From an uncultured Bacilli bacterium (GTDB taxonomy: Bacteria > Bacillota_I > Bacilli_A > RF39 > UBA660): 58,085 bases of DNA. The notes below the pieces were generated by a model. That model saw only the letters and a list, made by a program, of their open reading frames with translations, searched no databases and was not told the origin of the DNA. This document shows positions 7,903-17,108 of this stretch, one piece after another. The position numbers were made by a program, and so were the translations under genes. The stretch spans positions 1-58,085 of the forward strand of contig CAKOHQ010000001.1 in the NCBI GenBank assembly GCA_934085875.1, in the 5' to 3' direction. The number at the start of each line of letters is the position of its first letter. The stretch's first letter is position 1.

Positions 7903-10188
7903 ATGAAAAAAATTTTTATGGTTTTGGTTGTAATAAGTAGTTTTATATTTATTAAGAATGTAGAAGGGGAAAATAATTATGAGGTTAAATTAGGAAATAG
8001 TATAGAAGTTAGAGATTATGATATAAATGAATATGATATTTATAATGATGATAAAATTAATGTTTTAAAAGTTAATAATTATGTTGTTATTGAAGGTGTA
8101 AAATGTGGAGAAAGTATTATTAAATTAGTTCATAAAAAAACAACAAATGAACTCAATTTTATAGTTAAAGTAATTGGTGGAAAAATTAATTTAATTAAAA
8201 GCAATTATTATAGTGATTATAATTTAAACAAAGGAAATGTTAATTTTAAAGATTCTAAATATGATGTATTTGATTTAGATGATAATTTTATAACTAGTTT
8301 AGTACTTAATAGTGATGGTAAAGCTTCTAGTGATTATATTTTTGAATTTGATAAAACTTATTATGTAAAAGAAAAAGAAGCAAGTATTGGTTATCTGAAA
8401 AGTGATGAAAAAAGTTATTTTATTATTGGAAGTAATAAAAATTTTACTGATGTTCATGTTTATGGAAAAGTTAAAAAATCTAGTATTAATTTATATAAAT
8501 ATTATAGAAATAATAAAGGTGTTTTAGTAAGTGATGATTATGTTACTTTTAAGATATTTAATGATATAACTGGAGAATTTTTAAGAAATGTAACTTTTGA
8601 TAAAAATGGATATTTTAACATTGTATTGCCATATGGTAAATGGAAATTTGTTCAAAATACGGTTTATAGAGGAACAGTTGTTAATGATTTTATTATAAAT
8701 ATAGATGGAAATGATGAAAGTATTATAAAAATATTAACGGATAAAGATATAAATACAAAACTAAAAATAAATAATTTAGATTATGATAAAAACATTAAAA
8801 TTTATAATAATAATATAAAATTTAAAATTAAAAATTTAGATACTAATGAATATGTTTGTAAATTAGATGAATGCGAATTTAATACTATAAATGGAGAAAT
8901 TGTTATTCCTGTATATTTAAATATTGGAACATATCAATTAGAACAAGTTGATACCTATATTAAAGATTATTTATATAATAATGAAATTATTAAATTTGAA
9001 ATAGGTGTGGGTGGTCAATATAAAAAAGATTCTAAATATGGTAATGTTTTTTCAATTGATTTTTATAATAAAAGAGTATTAGGTAGTGTAAAAATAAATA
9101 CTTTTGGAGAAAAAGAATATTTTAATAATAATAAAATAATGTTTGAAAAAATTAAAATGAATAGTGGTTTTTATAAAATATATGCAAATCAAAATATATA
9201 TAATAGTGATGGAACATTATTATATAAAAAAGATGAATTAGTAAAGAAAATTGTAATTAATAAAGATAATTATTTAGTAGATAAGTTGATGTGTGGTAAA
9301 TATTATTTAATTGAAGATAATACTGATATAAATTATATAAAAAATAATAATAAATATAATTTTGATATAGAATATAAAGATCAATATACTAATAATGTAG
9401 TAGCTGAAGTTAATATATATAAAATATTAAATAAAGGAAGTTTAACAATTAATGTAATAGATTATTATAATCATAGGGGACTATCTAATGATTTTATGGA
9501 ATTACATATAGAAAATGGGAAAGAAGATTTATTAGTTGGAAAATATTCAAGTGATATAACAGGTAAAATAGTTATAGATAATATTCCTATAAAAAATGGA
9601 TATAAGTATTATGTAAAAGAAATTAAATCTAATATTGATTATATATATGATGATGCAAAAATATATTTTGATTTTTTAAATAATAAAGATGTTGTGATAA
9701 ATAAATATGGAAAAAGTAATGTAGGAAGTTTGGATGTTTTTGTATTAGAAGAAAATACAGATAAATGTATAGAGAATGTTTTAATTAAGTTAATTAATTT
9801 AGATAATAATAAGATATATAGTTATTATACTGATAGTTTTGGTAGATTATTTTTAAATAAAATAGGTTATGGTAGATATAGTTTGTATGAATATCATATT
9901 AATAATAATTATTATATAAATAAAGAATTTATAAATTTTGATATAAATGATAATAATAAATATGTAAGATTAAAATTATATAATAGGAGAGTTAATAAAA
10001 GTGTTGTAAATGATAATTTTATAGAAAGTAAAGAATATAAAAATGATATTATTTATTTAGATAATGTTCCTAATACTAATAAAAATATGATTATATTTAA
10101 TATAAATTATTTTATTATATTTATTGTTATAATTATTTTATATAGAGAAGTTAATTGTGTTATAATAGATAAGAAAAGAGGGATATAA
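7903..10188 (+). CDS. Surface protein with repeated Cna-B/SpaA-like domains and a sortase-type C-terminal sorting signal
   Basis: GGGAGA RBS plus ATG 7903 and signal peptide MKKIFMVLVVISSFIFIKNVEG. Repeated G.Y.L.E...Y modules (GTYQLEQVD, GKYYLIEDN, GYKYYVKEIKS, GRYSLYEYH). The C-terminus is VPNTN, a hydrophobic stretch and KKRG. Confidence 0.55.
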   Translation: MKKIFMVLVVISSFIFIKNVEGENNYEVKLGNSIEVRDYDINEYDIYNDDKINVLKVNNYVVIEGVKCGESIIKLVHKKTTNELNFIVKVIGGKINLIKSNYYSDYNLNKGNVNFKDSKYDVFDLDDNFITSLVLNSDGKASSDYIFEFDKTYYVKEKEASIGYLKSDEKSYFIIGSNKNFTDVHVYGKVKKSSINLYKYYRNNKGVLVSDDYVTFKIFNDITGEFLRNVTFDKNGYFNIVLPYGKWKFVQNTVYRGTVVNDFIINIDGNDESIIKILTDKDINTKLKINNLDYDKNIKIYNNNIKFKIKNLDTNEYVCKLDECEFNTINGEIVIPVYLNIGTYQLEQVDTYIKDYLYNNEIIKFEIGVGGQYKKDSKYGNVFSIDFYNKRVLGSVKINTFGEKEYFNNNKIMFEKIKMNSGFYKIYANQNIYNSDGTLLYKKDELVKKIVINKDNYLVDKLMCGKYYLIEDNTDINYIKNNNKYNFDIEYKDQYTNNVVAEVNIYKILNKGSLTINVIDYYNHRGLSNDFMELHIENGKEDLLVGKYSSDITGKIVIDNIPIKNGYKYYVKEIKSNIDYIYDDAKIYFDFLNNKDVVINKYGKSNVGSLDVFVLEENTDKCIENVLIKLINLDNNKIYSYYTDSFGRLFLNKIGYGRYSLYEYHINNNYYINKEFINFDINDNNKYVRLKLYNRRVNKSVVNDNFIESKEYKNDIIYLDNVPNTNKNMIIFNINYFIIFIVIIILYREVNCVIIDKKRGI

Positions 10189-10670
10189 TGGATTTAGTAT
10201 ATGTTGGAGTAATAGTTGGTACTCATGGTATTAAGGGTGAACTTAAAATAAAAAGTGATTTTGAAAAAAAAGAATTAGTTTTTAAAGTTGGTAGGAAGAT
10301 AATTATAGATAATAAAGAATATACAATTAGAAGTTATAGGTATCATAAAATATTTGATATGATTACAATAGATAATTTTGATAACATAAATGATGTTTTG
10401 TGTTATGTAGGAAAAAAAGTATATGTTAGTAGAATATCATTAGATTTGAAAAAAAGTGAGTACTTATTAAGTGATTTAATAGGACTTAATGTTGTTTCTG
10501 GTAATACTGTATATGGTATTGTTACTGATTATTCTAATGATATTAATCCGCTTTTAAAAGTTGATTTTGATAAAAATTATTATATACCATTAAAAGCAAA
10601 TTATATTAAATCTGTTGATTTAGATAAAAAAATAATTATTGTAGAAGATATAGAAGGATTGATTATATGA
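10188..10670 (+). CDS. rimM: 16S rRNA processing protein RimM
   Basis: GVIVGTHGIKGELKIKS N-terminal motif. Overlaps trmD (ATGA). Confidence 0.85.
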   Translation: MDLVYVGVIVGTHGIKGELKIKSDFEKKELVFKVGRKIIIDNKEYTIRSYRYHKIFDMITIDNFDNINDVLCYVGKKVYVSRISLDLKKSEYLLSDLIGLNVVSGNTVYGIVTDYSNDINPLLKVDFDKNYYIPLKANYIKSVDLDKKIIIVEDIEGLII

Positions 10671-11308
10671 AAATAAGTATATTAACTTTATTTCCTAATA
10701 TGTTTGATGGTTTTTTGAAAGAATCTATAATTAAACGTGCAATAGATAAAAAGAAAGTAGAAGTTGAAATAATTAACTTTAGAGATTATAGTACTAGCAA
10801 CAACAATCAAGTTGATGATACACCATATGGTGGAGGAGCTGGTATGGTTCTTATGTGTCAACCTATATTTGATTGTATTGAAAAGATAAAAACAGATGAT
10901 TCATTAGTCGTGATGCTTACACCAGATGGAGTAAAATATAATCAAGGTATGGCAAAAGAATTTAGCAAAATTAAACACTTAATATTATTGTGTGGACATT
11001 ATGAAGGATTTGATGAAAGAATAAAAACTATCGTTGATATGCAAGTTAGTATTGGGGATTTTGTATTGACTGGTGGAGAACTTCCTGCAATGGTTATAAG
11101 TGATAGTGTTATAAGACTTATTGAAGGAGTTATAAATAAAGATAGTTTAATAAGCGAGAGTTTTGAAGATGATTTGTTTGATTATCCTGTTTATACAAAA
11201 CCTCAAAATTTTAGAGGACTTTTAGTTCCAGATGTATTAATAAGCGGTAACCATGCTAAAATTGAAGAATGGAGACGTAATAAGCGTATAGAAAAATCAA
11301 ATAAATAA
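10667..11308 (+). CDS. trmD: tRNA (guanine37-N1)-methyltransferase TrmD
   Basis: ILTLFPNMFDG, YGGGAGMVL and LLCGHYEGFDERI motifs. Confidence 0.9.
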   Translation: MKISILTLFPNMFDGFLKESIIKRAIDKKKVEVEIINFRDYSTSNNNQVDDTPYGGGAGMVLMCQPIFDCIEKIKTDDSLVVMLTPDGVKYNQGMAKEFSKIKHLILLCGHYEGFDERIKTIVDMQVSIGDFVLTGGELPAMVISDSVIRLIEGVINKDSLISESFEDDLFDYPVYTKPQNFRGLLVPDVLISGNHAKIEEWRRNKRIEKSNK

Positions 11309-11326
11309 TAGTAAGAGGGTTTTATA

Positions 11327-11707
11327 ATGAATGTAGTATTAAATAAAAAAAATAAATATTTATCTTATAAATTAAATAAAATTGATGGATATATGTTTAA
11401 ACCCAAAAGAAAAATAAATAATTTAGTTATTGTTGATAAAAAATATATTAATATTATATTAACAAAAAAAATTTTAAAAGATATAAATAAAACTATAAAA
11501 ACTATTAAATTAATGTTGAATAGTGATGTTACAATTATTGAAGATTGTGATATGATGTTAAAAGAAATAAAAAGAATAATTTTTAATATAGAAAATAAGT
11601 ATAAAAAATATTTTGATGAATTTGATTATTTTGAACTTATTAAGGAATTATATATTATGAATATGGAATTAAATTTAAAAAGAAAGTTAATACAGAATAA
11701 TATATAG
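11327..11707 (+). CDS. Hypothetical Lys-rich protein
   Basis: ORF with a GAGGG RBS. No recognisable motif. Confidence 0.4.
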   Translation: MNVVLNKKNKYLSYKLNKIDGYMFKPKRKINNLVIVDKKYINIILTKKILKDINKTIKTIKLMLNSDVTIIEDCDMMLKEIKRIIFNIENKYKKYFDEFDYFELIKELYIMNMELNLKRKLIQNNI

Positions 11708-11739
11708 TTTCTTTTTTCATATAATTTAATGGTGATAAT

Positions 11740-12276
11740 ATGGCTAAAAAGTATATAAAAGGTTTTGTAACAAGATGTTTAGTTTGTGTGATATTATTTT
11801 TAGTAATTTCTATTATATGTAATTTTAGTGATAAAAATTTATTGTGGTTTAAAAATAATGTTTATAATAATAATATTAATTTTACTTTTTTTAATAAGAT
11901 ATATAAAAAATATATAAATAAATATTTACCGTTTGATTTATACGATGAAAAAATTGTTATGAGTGATAAATTTGTATATAGTGATAAAGAAAAGTATTTA
12001 AATGGTGTTAAATTAAATGTGGGTAAAAATTATAATATGAAATCTTTGTGTGGTGGTATAGTAGTTTATATTGGAGATAAAGAAAAGTTGGGTAATACAG
12101 TTATTATACAAGGAACTGATGGTGTTGATTATTGGTATAGTAATCTAGATAATTTAAGTGTTAAATTATATGATTATATTGAAAAAGATGTATTGATAGG
12201 TACTACTAATAATGAATATATTTATTTAACATTTTTAAAGGATGGTAAATATTTAGATTATGAAAAGTATATTTAA
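11740..12276 (+). CDS. SpoIVFA-like membrane protein with a degenerate M23/LytM domain
   Basis: N-terminal TM segment and C-terminal GGIVVYIGDKEKLGNTVIIQGTDGVDYWYSNL. It lies upstream of the M50 protease and rplU, as in Bacillus. Confidence 0.5.
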   Translation: MAKKYIKGFVTRCLVCVILFLVISIICNFSDKNLLWFKNNVYNNNINFTFFNKIYKKYINKYLPFDLYDEKIVMSDKFVYSDKEKYLNGVKLNVGKNYNMKSLCGGIVVYIGDKEKLGNTVIIQGTDGVDYWYSNLDNLSVKLYDYIEKDVLIGTTNNEYIYLTFLKDGKYLDYEKYI

Positions 12277-12997
12277 AATAAATATATTTACTTATATATT
12301 TTTAATATTATCTATGTTATCTGGTTATGGTAGGGAAATATTAACTGTATATTTTATATTAATTGTTCATGAATTAGGCCATTACATATTATTTAAATAT
12401 TATAACATTAATGTTAATAAAATAACTTTGTATCCTTATGGTGGTATGATTGATAATAATATGTTAATTAATACTAATTCTAAGAAAGTGTTGTTAATTA
12501 GTTTAGGTGGTATATTTATACAAATTGTTTTATATTTAATCATATATTTATTATTTAAAGTGGGTTTTATAGAATATAATTTCTATAAAATGTTTGTTAG
12601 ATATAACTTATACATTATTTTATTTAATTTAATTCCAATATATCCATTAGATGGATTTAAAATATTAAATAGTGTGTTAGAGTTAGTTTTATCTTTTAAA
12701 TTAAGTTTAAAAATTAGTATTATATTTAATTTTGTTTTTATTATATTATTTTTTTTATATTTATATGTTTTTAATATTAATAATTATGTGATAGTTATAT
12801 TTTTGTTATGTAATTTAATTAATTATATTAAAAGTATAAAGTATATTATTAATAAGTTTTATTTAGAAAGAATAATATATGACATTAAATATGATGGTAT
12901 GATTAGTGTTAATTGTAAAAATAATATGTATAAAAATAAATATAATTATATAAATGGAGTGGGAGAAGAATTTGTAATTATGTTACAAAATATGTGA
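12260..12997 (+). CDS. spoIVFB: Site-2 (M50) intramembrane metalloprotease, SpoIVFB-like
   Basis: HELGH zinc motif and NLIPIYPLDG motif in a polytopic membrane protein. Synteny spoIVFA-spoIVFB-rplU-prp-rpmA. Confidence 0.7.
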   Translation: MKSIFKINIFTYIFLILSMLSGYGREILTVYFILIVHELGHYILFKYYNINVNKITLYPYGGMIDNNMLINTNSKKVLLISLGGIFIQIVLYLIIYLLFKVGFIEYNFYKMFVRYNLYIILFNLIPIYPLDGFKILNSVLELVLSFKLSLKISIIFNFVFIILFFLYLYVFNINNYVIVIFLLCNLINYIKSIKYIINKFYLERIIYDIKYDGMISVNCKNNMYKNKYNYINGVGEEFVIMLQNM

Positions 12998-13022
12998 TAA
13001 AATAATTGTAGTAGGTGATAGT

Positions 13023-13757
13023 ATGAGAACTTTGGAGATTGTTTTTGGAGATAGTAGCTACAACATTTTAAAAAAAATAAATTTAAAAGATAGTGATATT
13101 TTGAAAATTAACATATTATTTAATGTTGGAGATTTATCTAATATTTCAAATTATATAATTAATATTCCTAAAGATTTATGTTTTGATGAAAAAAATTATT
13201 CTATAAAAGAGGAAACAGATAAAATAATTGATAGTATAAATAGAAGATATAAAATTAGAATATGGACTAGTCATAAAGATATTTATTCATATTTGATTAT
13301 GTTGTATGTATCGAGTGTTATAAAAAAATATGATTATCAATTATATGTAATATATTGTGATGAGTATGATAAAGATTGTCCTTCTATAAGTGCAATGAAA
13401 ATAGAAGATATAGAAAAGTTAGTTGGATTAGAATGTAAATTAGAAGATGAAGAAATAAAATGTAATTGTGATGTTTGGAAAAAATTGATTAGAGATAATT
13501 CAGAACTTAGAATAATAGAAAATGGTATAGTTAAATCAGTTTCGTTAAATTATTATGATAAATATATTTTAGATACATTGAGTAAAATAGGTAAGGTTAA
13601 GATAAGGCAATTAATTGGAAAACTTATGCAAAAAGTGTATTTGCAAGATAATTTATATAAATATTTAATTAATAATTTAATAAAGAATGGAAGGATTATA
13701 ATTTGTAGAGATAATAAAGTTAGTTATTGTGATAATTTAATATCGGTAAATGTATAA
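13023..13757 (+). CDS. DUF1835-like protein
   Basis: The N-terminal LEIVFGDSSYNILKK resembles the DUF1835 start. Otherwise unassigned. Confidence 0.4.
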   Translation: MRTLEIVFGDSSYNILKKINLKDSDILKINILFNVGDLSNISNYIINIPKDLCFDEKNYSIKEETDKIIDSINRRYKIRIWTSHKDIYSYLIMLYVSSVIKKYDYQLYVIYCDEYDKDCPSISAMKIEDIEKLVGLECKLEDEEIKCNCDVWKKLIRDNSELRIIENGIVKSVSLNYYDKYILDTLSKIGKVKIRQLIGKLMQKVYLQDNLYKYLINNLIKNGRIIICRDNKVSYCDNLISVNV

Positions 13758-13774
13758 AATAATGGAATTTATGT

Positions 13775-13909
13775 TTGACAATGGGGTTATTATTTGATAA
13801 TATACTTATGTTTGTAAGTGTTCTTATAAACCGCATTGAAAAGGTTTTAAAACATACTTTGTTGCCTTAAGAGCGAGTCCTAAAAATAAATAGAAGGGAG
13901 TAAAAGAAT
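13775..13909 (+). promoter_or_regulatory. Promoter plus about 100-nt leader of the rplU-prp-rpmA operon (candidate L21-type ribosomal leader)
   Basis: TTGACA (13775) - 17 nt - TGaTAATAT (13795-13803), followed by a long untranslated leader before the GGGAG RBS. Confidence 0.45.
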
Positions 13910-14209
13910 ATGAAAGCTATATTTGTTACAGGTGGTAAACAATATTATGTTTCTGAAGGAGACGTTATTTATGTTGAAAAATTAGAAGTTGAAGCAGGAA
14001 AAGATATTGAATTTACTGATGTATTAATGGTTGGAGAAAAAGTTGGAACTCCAACAGTTAGTGGTGCTAAAGTTGTATGTACTGCTGAAAAGAATGGTAA
14101 AGCTAAGAAGGTTGTTGTATTTAAATATCATCCAAAGAAGAAATATCGTAAGACTCAAGGTCATAGACAACCATATACTAAATTAGTTGTTAAGAAAATA
14201 GTTGGTTAA
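13910..14209 (+). CDS. rplU: 50S ribosomal protein L21
   Basis: [25 protein letters not shown]...GHRQPYTKL. Confidence 0.95.
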   Translation: MKAIFVTGGKQYYVSEGDVIYVEKLEVEAGKDIEFTDVLMVGEKVGTPTVSGAKVVCTAEKNGKAKKVVVFKYHPKKKYRKTQGHRQPYTKLVVKKIVG

Positions 14210-14211
14210 TA

Positions 14212-14508
14212 ATGATTAAAGTAATTAAAAAAAATGAAGTAATAGAAATTAGTGGCCATGCAAATTATGATGAATTTGGTAAAGATATTGTTTGTGCCAG
14301 TGTAAGTAGTGTAGTTATGACTACTGTTAATTCTATTATGAGTATAGATGATTCATCTATTAGTTATGTAGATGATGGAGATAAAATTATTATTAAGAAA
14401 CTAAATGATAATGATATTGTTGATAAACTTTTAAATACAATGATACTTATTTTAAAGGATTTAGAAAGACAATATAAAAAAAATATTAAAGTTGAGAGTG
14501 AGGAATGA
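14212..14508 (+). CDS. prp: Ribosomal-processing cysteine protease Prp (YsxB family)
   Basis: [21 protein letters not shown] (His/Cys dyad). Located between rplU and rpmA. Confidence 0.85.
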   Translation: MIKVIKKNEVIEISGHANYDEFGKDIVCASVSSVVMTTVNSIMSIDDSSISYVDDGDKIIIKKLNDNDIVDKLLNTMILILKDLERQYKKNIKVESEE

Positions 14509-14795
14509 AAATGTTATATTTAAGTTTAAACATTCAACGTTTTGCTCATGTTAAAGCACAAGGTTCAACACATAATGGCCGTGATAGTGAAGGTAGAAGA
14601 TTAGGAGCTAAAGCTAGTGACGGTGAAACTATAAATGCTGGTTCTATTATATATAGACAAAGAGGAACTAAGATTTATCCTGGTAAAAACGTTGGTATGG
14701 GTAAAGATCATACATTATTCGCATTAGTTCGTGGTGTTGTAAGATACGAAAGATGTGGAAGAGATAAGAAAAAAGTTAGTGTTTACGAAGCTTAA
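14505..14795 (+). CDS. rpmA: 50S ribosomal protein L27 with an N-terminal propeptide
   Basis: [21 protein letters not shown] core preceded by the extension [13 protein letters not shown], the Firmicute Prp-cleaved type. Confidence 0.95.
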   Translation: MKMLYLSLNIQRFAHVKAQGSTHNGRDSEGRRLGAKASDGETINAGSIIYRQRGTKIYPGKNVGMGKDHTLFALVRGVVRYERCGRDKKKVSVYEA

Positions 14796-14799
14796 TTAG

Positions 14800-14825
14800 A
14801 TATCATCTTATGATGGTATTTTTTC
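14800..14825 (+). terminator. Intrinsic terminator after rpmA
   Basis: ATATCATC-TTAT-GATGGTAT hairpin followed by a T-run. Confidence 0.5.
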
Positions 14826-14871
14826 TTGATAAAGATTACTTAATTTAGTAAAATAATTGTGAGGTGTTAAT

Positions 14872-15510
14872 ATGCGTTATAATAAAGTAGTTAATGCAGA
14901 TAAAATAATTAATAGTAGTAGTTATTTAATAAAAAATCCTGAAATGTATAAAAATAAATGGAGAAATGTATTTGGAAATAATAATCCTATATGTTTAGAA
15001 CTTGGAATGGGTAGAGGTAGTTTTATAATTGGAATGGCTAAAAAATATCCTAATATTAATTTTATAGGACTTGAACTTGATGTTAATCAAACTGCTACTG
15101 CTGTAAAAAATACAAGTGGAATGAAACTTGATAATTTAAAAATGATATGTGCAGATGCAAATAATATAATAGATTATTTTGGAAAAGAAATAGATACAAT
15201 ATATTTGACTTTTTCTGAACCATGGCCTAAAAAACAAGATGAAAAGAAGAGATTTACATCAATTAATTATTTAAAATTATATGATAGAGTATTTAAAAAG
15301 AATAAACATATTATTTTGAAAACTGATAATAAAATATTATTTCAATCTGGATTAGAAAGTTTAAGTAGTTATTGGTATACATTTGATGTAGTTAGCTTAG
15401 ATTTACATAATGATGAAAGAAATATAAAAAATGTAATGACTGATTTTGAAATTCAATATTATAAAGAACATAGACAAATATATTATTTAGATGCTTCTTT
15501 TAAAAATTAA
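14872..15510 (+). CDS. trmB: tRNA (guanine46-N7)-methyltransferase TrmB
   Basis: ELGMGRGSFIIGMAKKYPNINFIGLELD SAM-binding motif and FSEPWPKK. Confidence 0.85.
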   Translation: MRYNKVVNADKIINSSSYLIKNPEMYKNKWRNVFGNNNPICLELGMGRGSFIIGMAKKYPNINFIGLELDVNQTATAVKNTSGMKLDNLKMICADANNIIDYFGKEIDTIYLTFSEPWPKKQDEKKRFTSINYLKLYDRVFKKNKHIILKTDNKILFQSGLESLSSYWYTFDVVSLDLHNDERNIKNVMTDFEIQYYKEHRQIYYLDASFKN

Positions 15511-15639
15511 TATAGATAATTCTATATTTTTTTGTTGATAAATTTATTAAATCCGATATAAATGGAAGTTTAGTATGATAGCAAAAATGAAGTAAAAAAG
15601 AACAAAAAAATATATTATATATTAACATATGGAATCAGT

Positions 15640-15936
15640 TTGTCATTGGTTGTATTTTCAATAATTATATATGATTATATGAAATTTAGAGTATTTTATT
15701 CAGTAATATTTTGTATATTTTTAGCACCTGATATGTATAGATTAATAAAAAATAAAAAGAATTTAGTTTATTTTGAATTAACTGATGAAAGACAAATATA
15801 TAATAAATTGAATATATATCCTGAAGTAAATTCTTTGTTGAGTGTTTCAATTTATGTTAAAAAAATTAAAATAAAAAAACAAACATTTAATAAGTATGTA
15901 AGAAATGGATTTACTGCTGTTGAATGGGGTGCGTAA
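15640..15936 (+). CDS. Doubtful small membrane protein
   Basis: TTG start without a clear RBS and AT-rich sequence. Kept only because a bidirectional terminator follows at 15950-15986. Confidence 0.25.
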   Translation: MSLVVFSIIIYDYMKFRVFYSVIFCIFLAPDMYRLIKNKKNLVYFELTDERQIYNKLNIYPEVNSLLSVSIYVKKIKIKKQTFNKYVRNGFTAVEWGA

Positions 15937-15949
15937 TTCATTAAATATA

Positions 15950-15986
15950 AAAACTACATATTGTGCTGCAAGTATATGTAGTTTTT
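15950..15986. terminator. Bidirectional hairpin terminator
   Basis: AACTACATAT-N11-ATATGTAGTT flanked by an A-run and a T-run. Confidence 0.55.
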
Positions 15987-16119
15987 GTATGTTTAATTAA
16001 TTTATAATAAGTTACTTTATTCGACAAATCATTTAAATATTTTGGTGTAATATATATAACCAGAACATTTATTGTTTATGTCCTGCCTTTTGTATTTAAG
16101 TATGAAGGGAGTAATAGTT

Positions 16120-16209
16120 ATGAAGTTTTATTCATGTATTATGAAAATATTGGATAGAATAATTATTATATTTTTTATTAAAATCTTATATAGTTTTATA
16201 AAAGACTAA
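16120..16209 (+). CDS. 29-aa hydrophobic peptide (type I toxin candidate, family A copy 1)
   Basis: SD GAAGGGAG lies 8 nt upstream of the ATG. Product MKFYSCIMKILDRIIIIFFIKILYSFIKD. A codon-for-codon homologue occurs at 57724-57813. The ORF sits inside a transcript whose ends are complementary (16058-16090 versus 16275-16306). Confidence 0.5.
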   Translation: MKFYSCIMKILDRIIIIFFIKILYSFIKD

Positions 16210-16227
16210 TTTAATGGGGGTTTTGGT

Positions 16228-16304
16228 AAACAAAAAAGACATAGTACTAAAAAGTACAAATGTCACACCACAAGGTAGGACATTTAATAATAAATGTTCT
16301 ACTT
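16228..16304 (-). ncRNA. About 75-nt cis-antisense sRNA (antitoxin candidate, family A copy 1)
   Basis: Minus-strand TTGACA (16339-16334) - 17 nt - TACAAT (16316-16311). 5' hairpin GUAGAACAUUU/AAAUGUCCUAC. Terminator hairpin at 16264-16238 plus a U6 tract. Confidence 0.6.
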
Positions 16305-16445
16305 AACTGAATTGTACCATTATATTATGTTAGTGTCAAATATATATTTTTTAATTTTTAGTAAACTAATTTTTAATAATAAAATATCTTTAAATCTTTT
16401 AATTTATTATATAATATGATAAAATTTTCTTAGTAAGGTGATGTT

Positions 16446-17108
16446 ATGGGAAAATGTGATTTTTTAAATAATTCTATTATTGCCTTTAGGGGTATATATA
16501 ATAACATAACTATATATGAAAATAGTTTAGAATCTATTATGTATGCTGTTAAAAATAATTTAAGTGTTAGTATAGACGTTAGACATACTAATGATGAAAT
16601 TATAGTGTTTAGTGATAAAGATGGTACTAGATTATTAAAATTAAAAGATAATATAAATACTTTGAATAAAGAAGAGTTAGATTTTATAAGTGGATATAAT
16701 ATTCCTAAATTAGTTGATGTTTTAAATAATATTGATGGTAAAGTACCAGTATTAATAAATATTTACGATAATGATAAAGTGTTTAGAAATAAATTAAATA
16801 AGATATTAGATAATTATAAAGGAAAGTTTTTGATATTAAGTGATGATATAGATGTAATAAAACATTATAAAAAAAAGTATGTGGTAGGACTTAATATTGA
16901 TGATAAAAATATTAAATATTTAAATAAAAATTATGATGTTGATGTTATTAATGTTAAATATAATATTTTAGATAAGAGAGAGATTAATATTTTAAAAGAT
17001 GATTATTATGTTGTTGGTAGTGTTATAAATAATAGAAAGGATGCTGAATATTATATTAAAATATTTAATAATTTGATTATTGATAATGTTGAGGAGGTAT
17101 TTAAATGA
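16446..17108 (+). CDS. Glycerophosphodiester phosphodiesterase-like protein with substituted catalytic residues
   Basis: GDPD-like N-terminus IIAFRG...YENSLESI...VSIDV...IVFSDKD. It has F, S and S where the family has the HRG His, the E-x-D Glu and the HD His. Confidence 0.5.
   Translation: MGKCDFLNNSIIAFRGIYNNITIYENSLESIMYAVKNNLSVSIDVRHTNDEIIVFSDKDGTRLLKLKDNINTLNKEELDFISGYNIPKLVDVLNNIDGKVPVLINIYDNDKVFRNKLNKILDNYKGKFLILSDDIDVIKHYKKKYVVGLNIDDKNIKYLNKNYDVDVINVKYNILDKREINILKDDYYVVGSVINNRKDAEYYIKIFNNLIIDNVEEVFK

Noticed and set aside
16058-16306. The 250-290-nt elements with complementary ends (also at 57660-57940), considered as a MITE, 6S RNA, SRP RNA or RNase P RNA
   Set aside because: No RNase P GGAAAGUCC-type motif and no SRP domain IV GGAA/AGCA motif is present. 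There are no target-site duplications or transposase-related ends. Instead each copy contains a frame-conserved small ORF and an internal antisense promoter/terminator pair, which fits a TA-like module better.
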